Source: Octopus bimaculoides (taxonomy: Eukaryota). From it: a stretch of 64,000 nt of DNA. Under the pieces are notes generated by a model. That model worked only from the letters and a program-made list of their open reading frames with translations, had not been told where the DNA came from and did not search any database. A program made the position numbers and the translations under genes. Below are positions 26,974 to 37,121 of this stretch, piece by piece (position 1 is the first letter of the stretch; each line of letters starts with the position of its first letter). Location of the stretch: NCBI RefSeq assembly GCF_001194135.2, contig NC_068989.1, positions 60,667,964 to 60,731,963 on the forward strand. Direction: 5' to 3'.

Positions 26974-27669
26974 TACATATATAAATACACATCATGCACA
27001 TATAAATGCACATCATGCACATATATTTATGTATATGTATGTATTTGTACTTTGTTGTATGTATGCCTTCAAATAACAAAACATACATACACAGAATCAC
27101 AGAATCGTACACTCAACCAAATACGCACATATATATTCGTATGTGCATACACATATTTATACATGTGTATAAATATGTATGCGTATATACAAAAAAATGT
27201 GAATAACATCGAATAAAATTCGAGTTGTTATTGATCATATTTTTAAAGTAAAAAAAAAAACTATATAAAAATAGTATAATGCTGCCAGCCCCTTATAAAA
27301 CGAGTGTGAAACATTTACTTTTATTTTATCTGTAGTACATAAATCTGTTAAATCGTTTTATTGAAAAGATAGTACATTTAACCTATGACATACCGATGCC
27401 ACTTATCTGGTGTTATAGCGATAAATTGACTGTAAAATTATTTTGTAGCTTTCTATGACATTATTTACTTCAAAGAAAATTCACTATTGTATAAAATTTA
27501 GGAATTAGCTATCATAGTAGATATATCTAGGCAATGTGAGTATTAAATCTATTCTGTTTTGTTTGAAAGTGTATGTAGGTGTTACTCTTATTGTAGACAT
27601 CATTGTACACATCTTTAGGTGTATGAAAAACCGCAACGTGAGCGACTTGCGACTGTATTCAGGCACTAG

Positions 27670-28250
27670 ATCAGGCATTTTAAGAATTGCCGTCAACGGT
27701 TAGTCATTACTATCATGCTATATATCTATATATAAATATACAACTCTTTAAATCAACGTTGCTAATGGCCATTAATTAATATAAAGGTTCTTCCCATTAT
27801 ATAGATGAACATTTTCTCATGTTTTGCGGTATATGTACTACTTTACAGATAAATACTCATCAATTGTCAATCGTTAACCTTCAACATCACGTTGACCCTT
27901 CGCTTTCCTTGGATACTTGCCAAAGGCAAGGATTGCATGAAAATTCCCCTCAACCTAGAACATCTAGGTTGATGTTTTACATACAACCAGAGGTTATATG
28001 TTAAATACAGAATCTACAGAGGCTGAGTCATTCTAAATTGTTCCTTCATAAATTACAGGTAGTTGTAATATCGACCCCGAAGATAAAAATATAATGAAGA
28101 GATTTCAACTCGGAAGTGATTTACGCAAAATTACTTTAAGTTGCATGAACTTGGAGTCATCATCTCTGATGATTTTTCATGGAGACCCACATTTACATCA
28201 TTAACAAGACTGAATTCAAAATATTTATATTTTATCAGGGTCTGAATATA
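27670..28250 (+). mobile_element. Very old CR1/L2-group RT relic
   Basis: Collinear decayed motifs: AVNG*S, PII*MN..FAVYVLLYR (FADD region), LQHHVD and ELGVIISDDFSWRP..LYFIR. Confidence 0.5.
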
Positions 28251-28517
28251 TATATGGCGCTATGCTCAGTTGCTGATACACACATATACACACATACACA
28301 CAAACACACTCACCATACTACTATAGAGACTTGGTGCAGCTGCTCTCCTCACACGCAGAATGAAGGCAATCAAGCAATTAATAAACTTCACTCGATGCAA
28401 CCGGGGCGTTCATTGAGAATTGGTATTCGATCCGTCCTCCCTATCCTTCAAATAAACCTTATGTGTAAACTTTACTCGTGTTCCGTTTCAGTGCAAGTGT
28501 ATGTGTGTATGCAAATA

Positions 28518-28760
28518 TCTTATATATTATAAACGGCATTTTCTCTCTGTCTGTTACCTTCTTGCTGCCAAACCAGCGAACCAATCTTCACGAAATTTGG
28601 CATGCATATTAAACTAATATCCGTCTCAATTATGGAGTAACTGGACTTCAATAAAAATCGAGAATGGGCCCACTATAGGGGTTGGGCTATTATATGATAA
28701 AATGAGAAGGTTGCAAATTTTGATAGCCATGATGAGAGTGGCTGATATTATGGAAGGAGG
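28518..28760 (+). mobile_element. Possible non-autonomous Helitron-like 5' end
   Basis: A|TCTTATATATTATAAA start followed by ctctgtctgttacc..gaaccaatcttcacgaaatttggcatgcat. This resembles Helitron/HINE-type 5' ends. No 3' CTRR end was found. Confidence 0.35.
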
Positions 28761-28799
28761 GAGGTAGGAAGAATCAGAGAGACAAGGAATGTGAGAGAT

Positions 28800-29342
28800 T
28801 TATTTACATGTTTGTTTGGCCGTTTCCGAATGACTTTATTCATTAAAACTTATTAAGACTTCAGATTAAGTGAATCTTCTGATTTTGACTATGAATCTGA
28901 CGATGACGGAGATTTACACTTTAATGATGCTGACATATTTACGGAATAACAAATGGAACAGTTATTTGATGCTGAAAATGACGCTGAATTTGAAGGATTT
29001 GAATAAATGTGTTTGCTTATTCTTTTGTAACGGATAGTGATAGATATGGAAAGGCAATTTACTTAATATTTATTTTTCATTGACGTTATTACTGTTATTT
29101 CTTTATTTTCTGCAAAGTGCGCAAAAAAGCTACACGTTTGCATTGTTCTATATATACAATAATAATAAAGGACGTTACCAGATATATGTTTACAAACCAA
29201 GGACGTTATGTAGACCTCCTTGTCTCAAGTTAGAGAAGGGTTGCGTATAATACACAAGGTTTAGGTTTTTCAAAGGTACAGCCCCCTAAAAATCCCCTGC
29301 GTATTATACTCAAGGGTAGACTATACTCAAGGATTTACGGTA
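28800..29342 (+). mobile_element. 3' end of pogo/Tigger-like transposon
   Basis: Acidic tail ESSDFDYESDDDGD..ENDAEFEGFE*. The terminal sequence GCGTATTATACTCAAGGGTAGACTATACTCAAGGATTTACGG|TA is typical of pogo TIRs with a TA TSD. Confidence 0.7.
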
Positions 29343-29472
29343 ATTAACAAACATTTCATAACGGGAAAAAACAAATAATAGCAGATTATTAATAACAAAA
29401 CAATAAGAAGAGGATACAGTTTAACACCAGTCCGGTCCACTTTTGTCCCTATTCACGAAATCCTCCTTCTTC

Positions 29473-30048
29473 TGCCATACCATCCGTAGCTGGCACTTTC
29501 CATATGAACTTTCACCTCCGTAACACGGACCATACCTTCAAATCCACCACTGTAGATTTGAAGGTATAGTCATTACGGGAAGTTTGTAACTTATTTCCCC
29601 TTCCTATACATAATTCATTTTAATAACGTGTACTTCTCTCACAGCCTCATGTTTTCTCCTATTCTTTTTCTGCCCTTTTTAATAATGGCATACACTGTAC
29701 CTATTGTTAACTGCTTATCATATGTATTAGCCCTCCTAACCACTTAGGCCCTCTGAAGAAGCCTAGAGGTACAATCATCTTCCAAGCTTTATCTGCCCAT
29801 CGCTACAGAGCACTGAAGAGATGGAGATGGCATGGAGGATTTCGTTGCCTCTTGGCAGAAATGACCGTATGGAACTGATCTTCTATTCTTTTCTGTAATA
29901 TTAATACATGTGTGTGTAAAACATATTTGCTACTCGTGTATGTTTTCGTTTTCTTATACTTTCTAATGCTTTGGAATAAATAGACACACTGGAATGTTTA
30001 CCGGCTGATGTATGTCATTTTGTATCCTCTCCAATTACTCATTTGCCC
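29473..30048 (+). repeat. Unclassified interspersed repeat, copy 2 (possible Penelope 3'/pLTR region)
   Basis: Inverted relative to 24828-25521. It ends ..CATTTGCCC|TATATA, and its last 42 bp are identical to 33746-33787. Confidence 0.85.
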
Positions 30049-30100
30049 TATATATNNNNNNNNNNNNNNNNNNNNNNNNNNNNNNNNNNNNNNNNNNNNN

Positions 30101-30132
<32 letters not shown>

Positions 30133-30636
30133 CGGGCACACATATATGTATGTATGCATGTATGTATGTATGTATGTATGTATGTATGTATGTATGTATG
30201 TATGTATGAGTGTATGTACCTCTGACTGTGTCTGTCTGTCTGTTTCTCTCTCTATACACATGGATGTATATGTATACGTATATGTGTATATCTTCTTATA
30301 CATGTATATGTATCTATATCTTTATAAGTACATTTAACAATAACAAAAACATATACATTGTTGTGTAGCAGAGATAGGTGAGCTAGTGTGCCCCTATGCA
30401 TGTGTTCTGTGTAAATATGAAAAGAATTGTGTGAAGTAGGAAAAACTGAGTGTTTACCACGCCATTATAACCATCAGTCTTCCACCAATAATTTTCATGA
30501 ATCCAGTTCAATCTTATGGGACCTTTGAATACCAACAATTTTCTTTGATACTTTATTCCCGAAAGAATTTTCATTTTTTCTAAAAATGATGGAAGTCATT
30601 CCTTCGTAAGTGGTGAATTTGTTCCTATGCATTCAG

Positions 30637-31030
30637 GCATAGATCGGCAATCATACATAGGTACATAGATGCATACATACATACGTACATACATACGTAC
30701 ATAGAAACATAGATAGATAGATACATACATATACATACATAAACACACATACGCGCGCGCACACACACTCACACACACATATATACACGTACAAGCATGC
30801 ACATACATACGTACACGTATATTAGTGTTTGAGTGCATGGATCGGCAACCGAACATAGATACATAGATGCATACATACATACGTACATAGATACATAGAT
30901 ACATACATACATACAAACATACATATACATACATAAACACACATACGCGCGCACACACACTCACACACACACATATATACACGTACACGCATACATAAAA
31001 CATACGTACACGTATATTCGTGTGTTTTAG
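30637..31030 (+). repeat. Tandem duplication (~198-bp unit) of compound microsatellite sequence
   Basis: GCAT(A/G)GATCGGCAA anchors at 30637 and 30835, with parallel internal sequence. Confidence 0.8.
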
Positions 31031-32393
31031 TATGTGTTTGTGTGAGCTGTGTGTGTGGGTATGTGTGTGTGTGGTGTGTCTGTGAGTGTGTGTGTGTGTG
31101 TCGGGGTGTACGTGGGTGTATATACATTATGTGCAAGTAAGTATAGGAAATTTCCAGAATAAATAACTTTGTGTAGATATCAGCACGAGAATTATATATT
31201 TATCTAATTACAACGTATCTACTTGGTAATGTTTGTACACAATCCCGTTAATTAGACACTGAATTTTGTTTAATTACATTTGTGTCAGAACATAATTTTG
31301 TGTCTCTGAATTCAATTTAATTTGAAACATCCGTTATTTTGTGTATGAACACACTTGAATCCATGCCAGACACGACGTATAATAGATCTAACTGAAGCCC
31401 ATCACCTCTATAAACAAATATTGATTTCTTTCTTAGCCATAAAATTTGGATATGTATTGGAGTATAAATAGGATTCTACGCAGTTCATGCATTTCACAAA
31501 AGCTTTAACGACGTAAGTGAAGTGAAATAGCAATAACGGGCGAACTTAGCGGAAATGTGACCGTGGTTTACTTTGAGCATAACTAACGTGTCCCACATAA
31601 ATAACATGGAGATATAACCTATACTAGTGTCTCGGGTGGTAACAAAATTCTCTGCGTTTCATTATTGATTTTTAGTAGATTAGACATAACCCTAATAGAT
31701 ACGATTCTATTCAGGTTTTCTAGTGTCATAAAATAGCTTTTGCAACTAAATTGACAGTTTCAACCCTTTGGTATTTTCTGACATTCAATATTCTAAATCA
31801 AATTCGGAATATTTTCCGAACACGTAACTACAACGTTGTACCAATTAATATATTATCAGTTATTCCTTATTGATACAAATATTATCAATGTTTCTACATG
31901 AACGTAGTTTCAGTTTATAATAATATTCAATTAATATACAGGTAGAGCACTACTCATTTTGGTTTTGGCAATCAAAATAGTAACCCTGAATCAATTTTAA
32001 GGGTCTTTGTTTTGGAACACTAGCAAAACATTATTGCCGAAACCAGTATATTTTCAATGAAACTCTATTAGTGTACAGATGCTGTAAACATACGCCAAAG
32101 GGCGCAACTACCGCATCATTTTTGTCAATTCCACTTCGCATATAAAATGGAGAAATACATATCTACTCTCACAGTTAATTGCCATATATGTTGCTTATTG
32201 TATAGGATATGCGGTATTCCTTAGATGATTGTCAAATTCAACAACTCCATTCTCTACAAAGAGATTACGTTATAGTTTTACATTTTTCTAATTATATATA
32301 CAAATACATTCATACATGAATAACATACGTACATAAAGGCATACACAGATACATTCATACATACATACATATATAAACACATACACAGATACA

Positions 32394-32425
<32 letters not shown>

Positions 32426-32524
32426 CGAATAGATACACAAACACACATGCATGGATGTAACAATGATCGATGGCATGTATTACATTAAAATTAAAGGAAC
32501 TGCGACTTTCTGTCATGCACGACT

Positions 32525-32678
32525 CGCTTCTCTGTTTCAGTCTACCAAATCCATTCACAAAGCTTTGGTCGGTTCAAGTCTATAGTAGAAGAGACATGCC
32601 CACCCAAGGTACGAGGCAGTGGAACTGAGCCCGGAACTATGTGGACGGAAAGCAAGCTTCTTACCATATAGCCATGCC
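32525..32678 (-). mobile_element. 5' part of tRNA-derived SINE
   Basis: Matches 63167-63325. Confidence 0.8.
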
Positions 32679-32995
32679 TTTCAAGCCTAATTTTGTTTAA
32701 TTCCATCACTATCTCCATATCAGCTCGTCTCAGATTTCTGTTATAATGACTCTTGATGTCTTGGACCTAGCCCTCGATAAAGAATCCCGAGTTTAAGTGG
32801 AAATTATATATACATATATNNNNNNNNNNNNNNNNNNNNNNNNNNNNNNNNNNNNNNNNNNNNNNNNNNNNNNNNNNNNNNNNNNNNNNNNNNNNNNNNN
32901 NNNNNNNNNNNNNNNNNNNNNNNNNNNNNTATATATATATATATATATAAATATATATATATATTTATATATATATATATATATGTATATGTATA

Positions 32996-33745
32996 TACAT
33001 TTTGATTTTTAAAAAGTCCAACAACCAAATTGCAACCGATATTTACTACAAAGGAACAGATTCAAAACAGTATCGCCTTTTCAGTTCATGCCGTCCAAAA
33101 CTCACCAAAATAAATATCCAATTCAATCTAGCAAAAAGGATCTATACAATTGTATCTGACACAACCACTCGGGAACTTCGCCTACAAGAACTAAAAATAA
33201 CACTCATTGAACGTAAATACCCACCTACACTTATAGAACATGGAATTAAACGTGCCAAGAAATTGGACACAAACACACTAAGGACAACGAAACAAAACAC
33301 CACATCTCACTCTAAATTACTCCCATCCATATTAACCCACAACCCCAGAAACAATGAAGCATACAACGCAAATATACAAAATATCCCTCTGCTCATTGAA
33401 GACCCGAAAATGAACAGCATCCTAAATACACACAAACTACTAAAATGCAAAAGACAAGACAAATCACTCAAGGGACTTCTAACAAATATAAAACTATACT
33501 CGATACATACGATACCGACAGTTAAAAAATGCAGACGATCCAATTGTGGTAAATTCCCATACCTAACTCAAGGCTCGGAATTCACATTTCAGCAAGGACA
33601 AAATTTCTCAATTTAGACATGTGCTTTCCAGAAACTTATCTATGTCCTAACCTGCTCAGGTTGTGGTAAGAATTATGTGGGCCAAACGAGCCCTACTTTG
33701 AGACGCAGTCACACTACATAAAGAACAAATTCGTTTCCCTCAATA
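32996..33745 (+). mobile_element. Penelope-like element fragment (RT C-terminus, linker and GIY-YIG N-half)
   Basis: 204-aa ORF DIYYKGTDSKQY..SSC.P..KINIQFNLAKRIYTIVSD..YPPTLI..LTHNP..KC.R..CG.., then frameshift to KLIYVLTCSGCGKNYVGQT (33632-33688). Confidence 0.93.
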
Positions 33746-33787
33746 GATGTATGTCATTTTGTATCCTCTCCAATTACTCATTTGCCC
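33746..33787 (+). repeat. 42-bp terminus of the 24828/29473 repeat
   Basis: Identical to 30007-30048 and followed by (TA)n. Confidence 0.9.
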
Positions 33788-34726
33788 TATATATATANNN
33801 NNNNNNNNNNNNNNNNNNNNNNNNNNNNNNNNNNNNNNNNNNNNNNNNNNNNNNNNNNNNNNNNNNNNNNNNNNNNNNNNNNNNNNNNNNNNNNNNNNNN
33901 NNNNNNNNNNNNNNNNNNNNNNNNNNNNNNNNNNNNNNNNNNNNNNNNNNNNNNNNNNNNNNNNNNNNNNNNNNNNNNNNNNNNNNNNNNNNNNNNNNNN
34001 NNNNNNNNNNNNNNNNNNNNNNNNNNNNNNNNNNNNNNNNNNNNNNNNNNNNNNNNNNNNNNNNNNNNNNNNNNNNNNNNNNNNNNNNNNNNNNNNNNNN
34101 NNNNNNNNNNNNNNNNNNNNNNNNNNNNNNNNNNNNNNNNNNNNNNNNNNNNNNNNNNNNNNNNNNNNNNNNNNNNNNNNNNNNNNNNNNNNNNNNNNNN
34201 NNNNNNNNNNNNNNNNNNNNNNNNNNNNNNNNNNNNNNNNNNNNNNNNNNNNNNNNNNNNNNNNNNNNNNNNNNNNNNNNNNNNNNNNNNNNNNNNNNNN
34301 NNNNNNNNNNNNNNNNNNNNNNNNNNNNNNNNNNNNNNNNNNNNNNNNNNNNNNNNNNNNNNNNNNNNNNNNNNNNNNNNNNNNNNNNNNNNNNNNNNNN
34401 NNNNNNNNNNNNNNNNNNNNNNNNNNNNNNNNNNNNNNNNNNNNNNNNNNNNNNNNNNNNNNNNNNNNNNNNNNNNNNNNNNNNNNNNNNNNNNNNNNNN
34501 NNTATATATGTATGTATATATATATGTATATAGTACAAATATACAGAAAACAAGAGACGAAGACATGTGAAAGAATAAAAAGCAGGTATATAGATTTAAC
34601 GCTTCAAAAGAATGGAAAATCTTTGACATTTTGAGCCTACGCTCTTTGACAGAAAGGATTGATACGAAAAACAAATCGAAGAGAGAAACAAACGAGTAGG
34701 GATTAACGGTTCAACATTATATACAT

Positions 34727-34789
<63 letters not shown>

Positions 34790-35964
34790 CACACACACAG
34801 ACATATATATACCTACGTATGCATATGTATAGGCTTATATGTTTTAATGCACACACACACGTGCATGTATAATGTATAACAATATTTTGAATGCTTATAA
34901 TACGTACGTTTCAGATTGTTGCGCAATAGTTAAAAAGGAAATTCATCTCGTACATAATTTCTTCCTCAGTTAACACATTTCAAAATACTATTTTCGAAAT
35001 ATGTTGCAATGTGTTAAATGAGGCTAGTAATGTTCCTTTTTATCTATGACGCAGAGATCTGAAATCTACATATTAAGTGCTTTCAAAGTAACATTCCTTC
35101 GGATTCACTTCATTGTTATACTTTATACAGCTCCATGGCAGTAGAAGTTACCTACTCGTGTCTCCATTTACACAGATACATTAACAAGATACATAACAAG
35201 GATTTGCAGCAATATTTTTTCTGTCTGCATTCAGTCGGCGATTCTGGTATTGTGCATCTGTTTTAAACATGCCTGCATACATACATACATATAAATATAT
35301 GTAGATATAAAATATATTTAATACGTACGTATGCATGTATCTGAACTAACACATATACATACACACACCCATATACACACACACGCACACGCAAGCAAAC
35401 ACACACACACACACATGTGTGTGTACGTATATTTTTCTGTATAAAACCATTCACAGAGGTGTATTGATGTGTATAATACACGTCATATGAACTGAATTCA
35501 TATTAACCATTTAAACGAAATTTCACATGCATTTATGTCTAGGCAATTGATATAAAATATATCGTTATCAGCTTTCTCCTAGAACGCAAAATTGAATGAA
35601 ATGACATCTCAACTGTATACGAATAAGCAATGAGAGTTGTGAAATCAACAGATAGTACAATTAGTTATAGTAACTATTACATATTAACGTATTCAACATT
35701 GAAATTGAGATATTGCAACCGTTATTTGGAAAATGTTTCATGAAAGGTATTGATTTCCTATCTTTGAACAAAGTTGATTTTTGTAGCAGATGGGCACAAC
35801 TGATCTCACAACCCACGTTCGAAAACTGGAATAAATTTGTATATTAATTATAAATCATATTAATTAAAAATTATATCAATAATAAATTAACATTTAGAGC
35901 AGGAATCTCCATCGGAGAAAGATGAAATAGGTACTGATAATGTTGAATAAATAGATTACAAAGA

Positions 35965-35997
35965 GAAAGAGAGAGGAGAGAGAGAGAGAGAGAGAGT

Positions 35998-36062
<65 letters not shown>
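35965..36062 (+). repeat. (GA)n microsatellite
   Basis: Directly visible. Confidence 0.97.
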
Positions 36063-36065
<3 letters not shown>

Positions 36066-36236
36066 AGCCATGCAACTCTACTCACGTACGTATGTTTATT
36101 TATATATGTGTGTGTACGTATTTATGCATAGACATATATATATAATAGAGTTATTAATATTTCTAAGTCTCTCTAAAGGAGACTACGGCAGCGGTACTGG
36201 AAATTAATAGTTATCGCCAAGCCAACATGGCAGTCC

Positions 36237-36418
36237 CAAATAACTAGCATGAACGCACGAAAATAAGAAGTCCCTTTATTTAAATTGTTCTGGTCTAGAT
36301 TCTTCATTTGTTCGTTCATTTCTAACAGAACGCTTGTAACAAACATTTGCCTTAAAACAGCTACGACATGAAGAAATATCTGCACTTACCATCATAGACA
36401 AATANNNNNNNNNNTATA

Positions 36419-36454
<36 letters not shown>

Positions 36455-36966
36455 TGTATGTATCTCTTTCTCTCTCTCTCTCTCTCTCTCTGGGAATGTC
36501 CTTGTGCATATATTGGAGTATTGGAGTCATGGAAGATAATTTTCCAGCGGCCGTCGAGTATTTTCAACGTAAGTGGATAATAACAATTTAAGACACAAAA
36601 TTGCTCATGTCAGTAGAATTATACAACTGGGAACTTTTAGTTCTGTGAGTCATATATTTCCTGAGTCTTACGATTTGGAGATGGTTAAATGTGGGACATT
36701 GATGATGAAGGATTAGTTTTTCTGGGGGATAATTGGAACATTAATCGGGTATTTGTTACTGTTTACAAGTTTTATATTTATGCTCACAAGTGATCGATTA
36801 TTTGTCTATGATGGTAAGTGCAGATATTTCTTCATGTCGTAGCTGTTTTAAGGCAAATGTTTGTTACAAGCGTTCTGTTAGAAATGAACGAACAAATGAA
36901 GAATCTAGACCAGAACAATTTAAATAAAGGGACTTCTTATTTTCGTGCGTTCATGTTAGTTATTTG
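36237..36966. repeat. 168-bp inverted repeat (arms 36237-36404 and 36799-36966)
   Basis: The arms are reverse complements with one mismatch seen (CTAGC vs GTTAG). The left arm ends at a 10-N gap. Confidence 0.9.
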
Positions 36967-37121
36967 ATCGATTTTACCATTGCGCTCTGACGAACATCTG
37001 TTTTCCTTATAGCATTCTATGCATGATTTTTTCTTTCTCTTCTTCTCAGTCAGTAAACAATTCAGCTTTCACAAATAAACGATCCTGTGCGAAATATTAT
37101 CTTCTTCGTATGGCAAAATAA
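36529..37121 (+). CDS. Speculative 3-exon 44-aa micro-ORF (36529-36568, 36791-36813, 37050-37121)
   Basis: Two GTAAGT donors, AG acceptors (one with a long pyrimidine tract) and compatible phases give MEDNFPAAVEYFQLIDYLSMMSVNNSAFTNKRSCAKYYLLRMAK*. I recognise no homology. Confidence 0.2.
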
